The position numbers were made by a program, and so were the translations under genes. Shown piece after piece: positions 29,277-38,339 of a stretch of DNA of 64,000 nucleotides. The stretch lies in NCBI GenBank assembly GCA_963675595.2, contig CAXXLZ010000003.1:96001-160000 (forward strand), written 5' to 3'. Under the pieces are notes generated by a model. The model did no database searches and was not told where the DNA came from. It saw only the letters and a program-made list of their open reading frames with translations. Within the stretch, counting starts at the first letter, position 1. Each line of letters begins with the position of its first letter. Source of the stretch: Thermodesulfobacteriota bacterium (GTDB lineage: Bacteria; Desulfobacterota; Desulfarculia; JACQYL01).

Positions 29277-29951
29277 CTACTTTTCAGTTGGCCAGTATTG
29301 TTCTAAATAAGTGACGATTTTGGCTGAGAAACTATTAAAATCTGTTAGATCACTATCTATCGAGGTATCTTTCAAATGCATTGTTACTTGTACAAACGCC
29401 CCATCATTTTTGTTTCTGAAGATGCCATTTAGAAATCTTGCAATGTTGTGCTGGAAGCCCGATTTGAACACTTTGCCGTTTGATGACTGATACCAGTGAA
29501 GTATTGCTTCGCACGTCTGGCCTTTGCGAGCCAAGAGGTAGTTAACATTGAGCGAAATATTCTTGTCTGTACGATGCAACTTGAGTATGTCCTTCTTAAG
29601 AATGCCCCATCCTGCGCCCGGAAGACAGGCATAGGGATTGTGACCTGTTCTTCCCCCTTTTGCGGTACCGTAATAGCCGATGTACAGGCTGATCTCTCGA
29701 CCCTCGGGGGTGAAATAAGTCCGAGCGAGATAAGCATCCGTATTCAGCTCCTTGACAATCGAGGGAGGTAGTTCGCCGGGGATTGCCTTGTATTCGCCGA
29801 TCTGCATGGGAATCTGGTTGAGGTTGGCTTCGACGAGCACTGGTTCCCCGCGGGCGGAAATGGCCGCTGTCAGGGCGATGGTACCGATGAGCACCGTCAG
29901 GATTGAAAGGAAGTGGTTCTTTGCCGTCTTTTCCTGGTGAGCTTTGCTCAT
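29277..29951 (-). CDS. epsI: EpsI family protein (exosortase-associated)
   Basis: N-terminal TM; LYIGYY, HNPYACLPGAGW, HWYQS; overlaps exosortase stop. Confidence 0.85.
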   Translation of the reverse strand: MSKAHQEKTAKNHFLSILTVLIGTIALTAAISARGEPVLVEANLNQIPMQIGEYKAIPGELPPSIVKELNTDAYLARTYFTPEGREISLYIGYYGTAKGGRTGHNPYACLPGAGWGILKKDILKLHRTDKNISLNVNYLLARKGQTCEAILHWYQSSNGKVFKSGFQHNIARFLNGIFRNKNDGAFVQVTMHLKDTSIDSDLTDFNSFSAKIVTYLEQYWPTEK

Positions 29952-30841
29952 GTCTCGTCCTTGTTACCGTCCCGGGGCGCCCCGAATTGATTGATGAGAA
30001 TGAAGGCTAGGAACAGGACACCGAAACCAAAGGCAAACACCGTCAGGCCAGAAAACTCATGAAGAAAACCGCGCGCTACTTTTGCCCCATAGTAATGGGC
30101 CAAAACCCCCGTACCGGTGATCCGGAGCAGGTTGGCGACAAAGGCCAAGGGTATGGCAGACAGGAGAAGCACCGCTTTCCACGGGATCTTGACTTTGGCG
30201 AAGTACGCCAAGAGCGTACTTAACATGAGCATGGAAACCAAGGACCGAATGCCGCTGCACGCTTCGGCCACTTCCAATTGCGTGTTGGCGAAATAGAGCA
30301 TGTTTCCTTCGCGAAAAACCGGGAAGAACAGGAGTTGGAGCAGCCATGCCGAGATTTTGGTGGCGGCCAGTTGAAGGGGAAAAGACACGATCTTGATGAT
30401 GGAAACGGGTACGGGCACCATGAAGAAGAGGAAGAGAAGAGGAAAAAGCAAAATCCGCAGGGATTGCACACCCAGAAACGCCCACAAGATACCTATCAGG
30501 GAGGCGACAATCATGGTCCTGGAAATTACGGCGGTGTGCCCGGCGTAGCCCATGAGATAGAGAAGCATGCTTCCCGCGAGAAACCATAGGCCCACCCTGG
30601 ATCCATTGGAATCCATGTCGGCCAAGGCATGACGTTTCTGGAAGATGAGATAGGCGGAAATCAAGGGGACGAGGATGCCGTGTGAATTGTCCGAATTGTT
30701 AAGCCAAGTATGGACCAATTCGGGATACACGGGCAGGAACGCCAGGAACCAGAGAGCCAGCAAAAGGCCGAGCTGCCAAAACACCCGCTTGTTGTGCGGG
30801 TGGGTCATGGCGTCCGATCCGGTCATGCTCATGGGTTCCAT
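29948..30841 (-). CDS. epsH: Exosortase (EpsH family)
   Basis: SHGILVP, catalytic VAEACSG (Cys), NLLRIT (Arg), FLHEFSG (His); multi-TM. Confidence 0.92.
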   Translation of the reverse strand: MEPMSMTGSDAMTHPHNKRVFWQLGLLLALWFLAFLPVYPELVHTWLNNSDNSHGILVPLISAYLIFQKRHALADMDSNGSRVGLWFLAGSMLLYLMGYAGHTAVISRTMIVASLIGILWAFLGVQSLRILLFPLLFLFFMVPVPVSIIKIVSFPLQLAATKISAWLLQLLFFPVFREGNMLYFANTQLEVAEACSGIRSLVSMLMLSTLLAYFAKVKIPWKAVLLLSAIPLAFVANLLRITGTGVLAHYYGAKVARGFLHEFSGLTVFAFGFGVLFLAFILINQFGAPRDGNKDET

Positions 30842-30854
30842 AGGGTAACCGCCT

Positions 30855-32060
30855 TCAAGCGGCTGGGCTTCCCTGCATCAGCGCTTCATGCATGCTGCGA
30901 ATGTTCTCAGAATGCACAAATGGATGCGTCGGCAAGGTGAGCAGGCGTTGGGAAACGTATGCGGCTCCGGGGTAACCCCCATTGGCGGACGGGACAGGGC
31001 CGAATCCCGGGATCGCATCCAGGGGCGACGGATAGCCGATGCTCGCGCCCAGTCCTTTGCTTTGGAAAACATGGAGGAAACGACCTCGGTTTTCCGGGAC
31101 GTTGAAGATCAATGGAAAACGCAAATCTACGGAGTCGTGTTCTTTAGGGGACGTGGGAACGCGCCAACTACCGGATTGACCGATGAGGGATCGGAGATGC
31201 TCAGCATTGCGCCGGCGAAGAGCGTTCATTTGATCGAGTGTTCGAAAGGTTCGGGTTCCAATGGCGGCATTGATTCGGGGCATGCGTCGAACCGGAAACC
31301 CGGGGTCAAATACATTGCGGCCCAAGCCCAGGAAAGGCAGAGAAGCGGGAATTCGGTATCGATCGGGATTTAGAAAGGCAAGCATGCCCAAGCCCTTGGT
31401 CAGGGAAGAAAGCACGTCTCCGGGCGATGCTTCGGGCAGTTCTTCCGTTTCCGCAGCAATTCGTTCGGCCAACATCCCGTTGTTGGTGACGATGACGCCC
31501 CCTTCCAAAGCGCATACGTTCTTGCCTCTTCCCAGGCTGAAAATGCCCACGTCTCCCGCACAACCCGCTTTGATGCCTCCCGAGGAAGCGCCGGCCGCTT
31601 GCGCGGCGTCTTCGATCACCCATGCGCCGTGTCTTTCCGCGATCTTTCGTGTTTCATCCACACGGCTAATCCGTCCATACAGGTGCACGGGAACCACGGC
31701 CAGAGTGTGGGGACCAACAAGTCCTCTGAGCATGTCGAAATCGAAATCCAAGGTCCCCGGGTCCACGTCGCATAGCTTGATCTTGAGTCCGGAGCGCGAT
31801 AGCGCCGATGCCAGGCAGAAACTGGAATAGGCCGGCGCGATCACTTCCCGACGTCCCGAAATACGGTTCATGGCCTTCAGTACCGTAACGAGCGCCGCTT
31901 TGCCCGAACACAAAAGGAACACATGCCGAACCCCGAAATACCCGCGCACGACTTCCGCAAAGCGGCTTTCCACATTTATACCTAAGTGGGCGTCCATTAC
32001 TCCGCCCCACAGGTCTTTCAGCGTGAAGGGCGCGGCTGTTGGTGGTAGCGTTCTACGCAT
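30855..32060 (-). CDS. DegT/DnrJ/EryC1/StrS aminotransferase
   Basis: VHLYG, IEDAAQA, FSLGRGKN (PLP Lys), LTLPTHP. Confidence 0.88.
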   Translation of the reverse strand: MRRTLPPTAAPFTLKDLWGGVMDAHLGINVESRFAEVVRGYFGVRHVFLLCSGKAALVTVLKAMNRISGRREVIAPAYSSFCLASALSRSGLKIKLCDVDPGTLDFDFDMLRGLVGPHTLAVVPVHLYGRISRVDETRKIAERHGAWVIEDAAQAAGASSGGIKAGCAGDVGIFSLGRGKNVCALEGGVIVTNNGMLAERIAAETEELPEASPGDVLSSLTKGLGMLAFLNPDRYRIPASLPFLGLGRNVFDPGFPVRRMPRINAAIGTRTFRTLDQMNALRRRNAEHLRSLIGQSGSWRVPTSPKEHDSVDLRFPLIFNVPENRGRFLHVFQSKGLGASIGYPSPLDAIPGFGPVPSANGGYPGAAYVSQRLLTLPTHPFVHSENIRSMHEALMQGSPAA

Positions 32061-32098
32061 TTTGAGAGAAAGCGATCCTCAGTTTCAGTAACGGCGCG

Positions 32099-33217
32099 TT
32101 AAAGGCTGATATTTTTCCGGACCATAGGTCCGATCCGGGTCGTCACACCGGTGGGGAGTCTCTTCCAAACGGCCGTGGCCCAAGAAAGCCCTTGGCCTTC
32201 GGGCTGCTGATTACTGTCCGGGTGTCCGTCGAGGGTGAGCCGGCACCAGCTCAGCGTTCGCGGTTGTGCGCCCCATTGTTTCTTGAATCGAAACGTGCCG
32301 CCGTCCACGGAAGACCGTCCGAAATCGAAGATACGGCATCCGTCGTCACAAGCAGACTCAAGCATTTTCCAATAGAGCAACATGTTGGGGCTCGATCTGG
32401 TGAATCGGCGAAGGGAGGAAGCCCAGGGATTGTATACGGAGTCTTTGAAATGAAGCAGAAGGCCCGCCGCCGCCGGAGTCCGGCCATCCTTTTTCACGAG
32501 GCAGAAAAGCGCGTCCCGCGAGAAGAGTGAAGCCACACGCGTTATGAATTTCTTTGAATGTACGGGTGAACCCAGATCCCTCATATTGGACGTGAAGACC
32601 GCATAGAAGTCGTTCAAGAATTCGGCCCCTCCCAGCTCAGCGGCAAAACCGTCCTTGGCGGGCCTCCGAATTTGGCTCTTGAGCTTGGATTTGAAGGACT
32701 GAAAGAGCTCTTCGGAAGTGCCGGGAAGGTCCAACAGCATCCGTACCTTGTCCTTGCGGCAGTGGATGCCCGGCATCGGCGTACCGTTCCCTGAATGATC
32801 TTCGAACGAGTCCTCGGCTAAAGGTTGGGACATTCGAAGTTCCACGTGGTCCGCTTTCTTTTCGCGCGCCAGTTTCAAAGCGGACTCCAAGAGAAGGGTT
32901 CGGATTTGCGGATCGTCCGTGATGGGGCCTCCCAGGTCCAAGAAGGGCATGGATACCAGCCGGTTCCCAAATATCCGACTCTTCATGTGGATCAAAGGAA
33001 GCACGCCACACACGGTCTCCGTCGAAGCCGCTTCGGGAATCCGCTCCTTGTGGTCTCCATTTGTAACGGCCATGAGATAGTATGGCTGATGCCTGTAAGA
33101 CTCCAGGATTACACGGCCCCAATCGAACAGATGATAATGGGAAGACTCCGGATGACCGTACACGTATTGATCCCAATGTGATCGGTCGGTATCGTCACAG
33201 AGTCTTATTTGGAGCAC
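32099..33217 (-). CDS. FemAB-related GNAT protein, PEP-CTERM system-associated
   Basis: GNRLVSMPFLDLGG, MRDLGSPVHS, PNMLLYW, FDFGRS...FKKQWGA. Confidence 0.88.
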   Translation of the reverse strand: MLQIRLCDDTDRSHWDQYVYGHPESSHYHLFDWGRVILESYRHQPYYLMAVTNGDHKERIPEAASTETVCGVLPLIHMKSRIFGNRLVSMPFLDLGGPITDDPQIRTLLLESALKLAREKKADHVELRMSQPLAEDSFEDHSGNGTPMPGIHCRKDKVRMLLDLPGTSEELFQSFKSKLKSQIRRPAKDGFAAELGGAEFLNDFYAVFTSNMRDLGSPVHSKKFITRVASLFSRDALFCLVKKDGRTPAAAGLLLHFKDSVYNPWASSLRRFTRSSPNMLLYWKMLESACDDGCRIFDFGRSSVDGGTFRFKKQWGAQPRTLSWCRLTLDGHPDSNQQPEGQGLSWATAVWKRLPTGVTTRIGPMVRKNISL

Positions 33218-33239
33218 ATCCCATCCTTTTCAAGAAAAA

Positions 33240-34178
33240 CTATTTCCGCTTCTTGGATTCGTCCGGTCGATATCCGTAGTGGTAATAGCTGTATTTGTAT
33301 TTTTCTTTGATACTGCCCTCCTCCGCCCCGTTGAACAGCACGCCTTTGACTTTGTGTCGTCCCAGGAGTTCGATGGATTCTTCGATGGCCGCTTTGTCGG
33401 CTCCGTTTCTGCGCACCACCATGAGCACACAGTCCATGGCGCCGGCCAGGACGCTGGGTTCCGTGGTGGCCTGGACCGGTGGGGTGTCGAAGATGATATA
33501 GCGATCGTCGTAACGGGTTTTGACTTCCTCCACCAGTCGGCGCATGCGTTCCGACGCCAACAGCTCCGCGGGGGAGTGCATCCCGGTTTCCCCCGCAGGC
33601 AGGAGAGTCAGCTTGTCCACGGGGGTTTTACGCAGCACGTTCCGAAGGTCCACGTCCCCGTTCAACAGGTAGTCCGCCAGTCCCAGATCGGTTTCCACGC
33701 CAAAAAACTTATGGAGGCTCGGCTTGCGCAGGTCCGCGTCCACCAACAGCACGTGCTCTTCCATGCCCATGGCGATGCTCACCGCCAAGTTGGACGCGAT
33801 CATGGTCTTGCCCTCTCCGGGAGCCGCACTAGTCACCATGATGGTGCGGGGAGGCGCTCCCTGTTCGGGACGATGGATGAGCAGGGTCCGCAACATGCGG
33901 AACTGCTCACTGAATTCGTATTGATCGGTAAGTCGCGTCAAGAGCAGCGGGTCCGGTTCATGAAAGGGTCCTCCAACGGTTCCGGAAGCGGGCCGAGGGA
34001 AATCCCCCCCTGCGGAAAAACGGGGCTCGGCCTCGGAAACCTCGTCCGGTGTGGAGGCTCTATCCGGCTCATGGTTTTCGGCGGGGAACAGGGGCCGCAC
34101 CGACGCCACCGCCGGGGAAGACTCCGACTCCTGTTTCAACTTGCGGGCTTTTTCCAGCGCGTCCGCCAATTTTGCCAT
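33240..34178 (-). CDS. Polysaccharide biosynthesis tyrosine autokinase (CpsD/CapB, EpsG-like)
   Basis: TSAAPGEGKT, VDADLRKP, IFDTPP, C-terminal Tyr cluster YKYSYYHYGY. Confidence 0.92.
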   Translation of the reverse strand: MAKLADALEKARKLKQESESSPAVASVRPLFPAENHEPDRASTPDEVSEAEPRFSAGGDFPRPASGTVGGPFHEPDPLLLTRLTDQYEFSEQFRMLRTLLIHRPEQGAPPRTIMVTSAAPGEGKTMIASNLAVSIAMGMEEHVLLVDADLRKPSLHKFFGVETDLGLADYLLNGDVDLRNVLRKTPVDKLTLLPAGETGMHSPAELLASERMRRLVEEVKTRYDDRYIIFDTPPVQATTEPSVLAGAMDCVLMVVRRNGADKAAIEESIELLGRHKVKGVLFNGAEEGSIKEKYKYSYYHYGYRPDESKKRK

Positions 34179-34232
34179 GAAAACCGCCTGGTGAATTGTA
34201 GGAGGATTATTCGTTCTTATTCACAGGGCATG

Positions 34233-34442
34233 CCGCAGGGGGACGCCGTCCCCCTGCACCCCCTGCCGGGGGACCCATGGTCCCCCCGGACCCCCGTTGC
34301 GAATCGCGAGCACGATTCGCAAAACGAGCATATGTGTCTATCCAACGTGCCAAAATATTTAAAACGTTTTGGAGGGGGCCTGAGGACTCCTTCAGAATGC
34401 TCACGATTCTTCTTTGATCCCCAGACCCCGCCAAAGACTTTT
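34233..34442. repeat. Cluster of GC-rich REP-like hairpins
   Basis: gcagggggacgccgtccccctgc; ccgggggacccatggtccccccgg; aaacgttttggagggg...ccccgccaaagacttt. Confidence 0.55.
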
Positions 34443-34731
34443 CAGTCTTGTGGGAACCCTTAGCGGGATCCGGGGGATACACGCCGCCCGATATGCTGAT
34501 GTCTGGTCTCTTCGGTGCTCGAAATCAGCGCAGAGCTCCGCCGGGAGGGTGAAAGGTGATTCCCTCGAACTTTCTGATTTCGTCCGCCGCGCGCCATTCC
34601 GCATCAGGCGGTGCGGCTATGCGCCGAAGTCCGGCGGTTGGCCCGTGGGGTGCTTTTTCAGCCCCACCGGTTTAGAGACTTTAGCAGTTGAGCCCCGGCA
34701 GTCCGTTGAAAAAGTCCGATTGCCGCAGACT

Positions 34732-34843
34732 GATGAAAAACGATGAGATGCAAGGCGCGCGAATCCCAAGGAGCGAGGCGTACATAAAAGTACGCCGCAG
34801 TGACGAGGGATGACGCGCAACGCGGCAGATCGCGTTTTTCATC
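34732..34843. mobile_element. Small non-autonomous MITE-like element
   Basis: Perfect 11-bp terminal IR gatgaaaaacg/cgtttttcatc with internal hairpin ggcgtacataaaagtacgcc. Confidence 0.6.
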
Positions 34844-34846
34844 TTT

Positions 34847-36529
34847 CTAGCCCAGGCCCACCATGCGAAACACGTCGATGGTGATTCCTTTGCTCTTGAT
34901 GATCAGAATGCCCACGGAGTACCCGGCCACGATCACCAGGGAGGCCACCGTGGCGGCCACTCCCAATATCTTTTTGCGGCGCTTTTCCCCGTCGGACTGA
35001 ATCAGGGGAAACGTGGCCAGCACGGGAAGACCCAGGTGTTCCACCAGTGTCTGATCGTTCTGGAACGAACGGTCCGTGAATTCCAACAGGCCGGCCAGGC
35101 CGAAGCCTCCCACCAAGCCCAGAAGCAGGCACGCCATGAGAATACGCCTGACGTCGGGGCTCACGGGCAGCTTGGGCGGCACCGCGGGGTCCAGCACGAT
35201 GAACTGCTCGCCCTTTTGCATGCGTTCCAGGTTCTCGGCCATCTTGGCTTCGAGTTGCCGACCCAGGAGGGAACGGTAGTTTTCCATGGTGATGGTGTAG
35301 TCCCGGGTGAGGGACATGAGCTGCTGTTCGCGCTGAGGCGTGTTGTCCACCCGCGCTTGATACAATTTGATCTGCTCGTAAAGCTGTTCTTCACGTGTGA
35401 GCAGGCGTGCGATTTCCGAGCTGACGCTCTGGAGTTCCTGCTGCAGCTGGTTCAGGTGGGTCTGATAAGCCATGAGAAGGCGTGCGGATTCGGACGAAAC
35501 CGTTTCCACCGGCGAGGACGCGGGAACGGGTGTCTTCGGTTGGGATGCCTCCGCTTGTTCGGCGGCCGCTTGCCGTTCGCGAGCCTGTGCTTCGGCCTTT
35601 TCCAACTGCATCCGAGCGCGCTTGACCATGGGATGCTCGTCCGTATAGCGGGTCCGCAGGGCCGCGAGGCTGCTTCGCAGCGTCTCGATCTGGTCGTCTC
35701 CGGAGGCGGCCACCACCACCCCCTGATCGTTCACCACCATGCTCTGTTTGCTCTTGGCCGCGTCCAACTCCCGAACGCCCTGTTCCGTCTGCGCCATCTG
35801 GCCCTGAATGGTGACTCTTCGGTCCCGAGCGGCGCTCAGGGAGGCCTGCACCGCGGACAGTTCTTCCTGAAACCGCTGAAGGCTCCCGATGTTGGAAGGC
35901 AATTGCTCGGGCAGTTCCCCCATGTGGTGTTGTTTGAACTCCTCGATGGCTTTTTCCTGTTCTTCAAGCTTCTTTTTCTGAAGCTCCAATTCCCGCTCGA
36001 GGAAGGTCGTGGTGCCCATGGCCTGTTCTTCTCGGACTTTGAGATGCTCCTCGATGAACAGGGAGGCCAGGGTGTTGACCACTTTGGCCGCCACCACGGG
36101 ATCATGGTGCGTAAACGCGATGGTGAATGAAGTGAGAGCGTCGTCGTTTCTGCGCTTCTTGTCGCCCACTTTGAGTTCGATCTTGTCCCGAATGATCCCC
36201 ACGATCTTCTCCATGGGGTATTGCTCCAGGAGCTCGGGATAGAGGTTCAGGTCGCGGATGACCTTTTCAAGCCGGGTGCGGCTCATGACCTGCTGGCTGA
36301 TGGTGGCCAATCGGCCTCCCGCATCGATGGTCACCGTGGCGCGCACGTATTGTTCCGGCACCCGCTGAGCCTGCACGAGTATCAAGGTTTCCGCCTGATA
36401 GGTTCGTGGAAGAACCACCACGAGGAACACTCCCGCCATCACCGCCAGGACGAAGGGAACCAGAATCTGGAACTTTCGTCTCCAGGCGATCTTGATGATG
36501 GCTTCAGGAGTGATCTGTTTGGGCAGCAC
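34847..36529 (-). CDS. Polysaccharide chain length determinant (Wzc/GumC N-terminal type)
   Basis: Two TMs flanking coiled coil; YTDEHP motif; LDPAVPPKLPVSP; LGLPVLA. Confidence 0.9.
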   Translation of the reverse strand: MLPKQITPEAIIKIAWRRKFQILVPFVLAVMAGVFLVVVLPRTYQAETLILVQAQRVPEQYVRATVTIDAGGRLATISQQVMSRTRLEKVIRDLNLYPELLEQYPMEKIVGIIRDKIELKVGDKKRRNDDALTSFTIAFTHHDPVVAAKVVNTLASLFIEEHLKVREEQAMGTTTFLERELELQKKKLEEQEKAIEEFKQHHMGELPEQLPSNIGSLQRFQEELSAVQASLSAARDRRVTIQGQMAQTEQGVRELDAAKSKQSMVVNDQGVVVAASGDDQIETLRSSLAALRTRYTDEHPMVKRARMQLEKAEAQARERQAAAEQAEASQPKTPVPASSPVETVSSESARLLMAYQTHLNQLQQELQSVSSEIARLLTREEQLYEQIKLYQARVDNTPQREQQLMSLTRDYTITMENYRSLLGRQLEAKMAENLERMQKGEQFIVLDPAVPPKLPVSPDVRRILMACLLLGLVGGFGLAGLLEFTDRSFQNDQTLVEHLGLPVLATFPLIQSDGEKRRKKILGVAATVASLVIVAGYSVGILIIKSKGITIDVFRMVGLG

Positions 36530-36602
36530 GGTAATAGACCTTATTCGTCCAACAGCGAAGCAGGGGACCCGGCCAAGGTGATTGAACGCCGGGAAACGGC
36601 CA

Positions 36603-37463
36603 TCAACGGGCTCCTCTGCCGAGCAGTACCACTTTCGCGGTTTGCAGGATGATGGTGAAATCCAGAAACACCGACAGATGTTTGATGTAGTAAATATCGT
36701 ACTGCAGTTTTTCTACGGCATCTTCCAAACAATCCCCGTAAGGATAATTGATTTGAGCCCAGCCGGTGAGACCGGGCTTCACCGCACAACGTTCCGCATA
36801 ATAGGGGATTTGACTCTTGAGCTTCTCGACGAATTCGGGGCGTTCGGGGCGCGGCCCCACGAAGCTCATGTCTCCCTTCAGAATGTTGAAGAGCTGCGGC
36901 AGCTCGTCGATGCGAAGTTTGCGAATGATCCCGCCCACTCGGGTGACGCGGGGGTCTTTTTTCGAGGCCCAGGTGGCGCCGCATTCCTTTTCCGCGTCGT
37001 GGCGCATGGATCGGAATTTGTAGATGGTGAATTTCTTTTCCCGTTCTCCCACCCGGGTCTGGGTGTAAAGCACCGGTCCCGGAGATTCGAGCTTGACGGC
37101 CAGGGCGGTGATCAGCGCCACCGGCAAGGAAAGGAGGCCCAACACGAGGGACATCACCAAATCAATGGCCCGTTTGGCTGCAAGGAGCGACCTGCACCGG
37201 TTGAATCCGCCGGAAAAGACCAGCCAACTCGGGTACATGCCCTGCGTGATGATCTTGCCCGAAAGCTCCTCCTGGATGTCCGCCGAGTCCGTGATGGTGA
37301 CGCCTCTGAACTTCCAGGAGACCAATTCGCGGATGGGTAATCGGCCGCGACGGTCGTCCAAGGCCACGACAATACGATCCACTTTGTGCGCGGCAAGAAT
37401 CTGGTCCAGTTCGGACCAGTCCCCAAGAACAGGGATGGTGGATTTGGTGTCGGCGTCGGACAA
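36603..37463 (-). CDS. Priming sugar transferase, catalytic C-terminal part
   Basis: KRAIDL, KFRSM, DPRVTRVG, RIDELPQLFNILKGDMSFVGPRPERP, KPGLTGWAQIN; TTG start with agaggag 10 nt upstream. Confidence 0.85.
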   Translation of the reverse strand: MSDADTKSTIPVLGDWSELDQILAAHKVDRIVVALDDRRGRLPIRELVSWKFRGVTITDSADIQEELSGKIITQGMYPSWLVFSGGFNRCRSLLAAKRAIDLVMSLVLGLLSLPVALITALAVKLESPGPVLYTQTRVGEREKKFTIYKFRSMRHDAEKECGATWASKKDPRVTRVGGIIRKLRIDELPQLFNILKGDMSFVGPRPERPEFVEKLKSQIPYYAERCAVKPGLTGWAQINYPYGDCLEDAVEKLQYDIYYIKHLSVFLDFTIILQTAKVVLLGRGAR

Positions 37464-37522
37464 GCGGTCGCTGCTCCTCTGAAGACGGGTTCACGTTCTC
37501 GGAATCTTGCCTCTCGTCGGTC

Positions 37523-38269
37523 TCAGGAAACGGAAGATCCCGAAGCCGGCTTCGTCATACCCACTATAGGATGGTCCTGCCGTGGTGAGGGCTGGGCTCT
37601 TTTCTTGTTTCGAAGCGGCGGAAGCTCTTCCACCTCGCCCCGGGCTTCTCCTTGCAGAGGCGGCTCCGGACTCGCCGTTACCCGTGTGCCGCTTGATGCA
37701 ACCGGAGTCTCGTTTTCTATGGGTGCGAGTCGAGGAGGCATACTCACCATGCCGAGGAGCGTGTATCCCCCGGACTTATTCTGCAGCATCATCTTCGCCA
37801 CTTCAGCAGCTCGTTGTCCGGAGCCCAAAATGAGGACCCTCTGGTTGAAGCGGCCGTTGGCCGAGAAATGAAACAGCGCGATTCTCACCATGGAAATGCT
37901 TAGAAACGTCAGGCAGAAGCCGACCACGAACAACATCCTACCCGGCCTGATCTTCGGAAGAAAGTAATAGCAGACATTGAGAATCAAGGCTGCGGCCAGG
38001 AGAGCCACGACGATGCGCAAGACGAGCTCCGGTCGTGTGAAACGTCTGCTGCTGTAGAGATCGTTGTAGTAAATGGCTCCCTGGGTGGTAATCAGCAGCA
38101 CGATGAATTGCCAGACCAAAGAACCTTCGGCCACAAGCACGGCAAGACTGTTTCTGTCGTAAACCAGGATATGGGCCAGCAATGCGGACGACAGGATCAG
38201 CAAGGATTCAAACACAAGATAGATCAGGTTATCCTGGGATAGATAGGGCTTTGTAATTCTGATCAGCAT
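37523..38269 (-). CDS. Priming sugar transferase, N-terminal TM/CoA-binding-like part (split from catalytic part)
   Basis: Four TMs with YYNDLY, RVLILGSG, GYTLLG, then a Pro/Ser-rich tail and stop; different frame from 36603-37463. Confidence 0.7.
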   Translation of the reverse strand: MLIRITKPYLSQDNLIYLVFESLLILSSALLAHILVYDRNSLAVLVAEGSLVWQFIVLLITTQGAIYYNDLYSSRRFTRPELVLRIVVALLAAALILNVCYYFLPKIRPGRMLFVVGFCLTFLSISMVRIALFHFSANGRFNQRVLILGSGQRAAEVAKMMLQNKSGGYTLLGMVSMPPRLAPIENETPVASSGTRVTASPEPPLQGEARGEVEELPPLRNKKRAQPSPRQDHPIVGMTKPASGSSVS

Positions 38270-38339
38270 CTCGTTTCTCCGAATATCGATTCGATGAACC
38301 GAATCCCACGGATCACCATATGTCGCAGACCCGCATCTC

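Noticed and set aside
33279-34463. 394-aa plus-strand ORF
   Set aside because: Antisense shadow of the tyrosine kinase running into repeats; no motifs.
35036-36130. 364-aa plus-strand ORF
   Set aside because: Antisense to the well-supported chain-length determinant.
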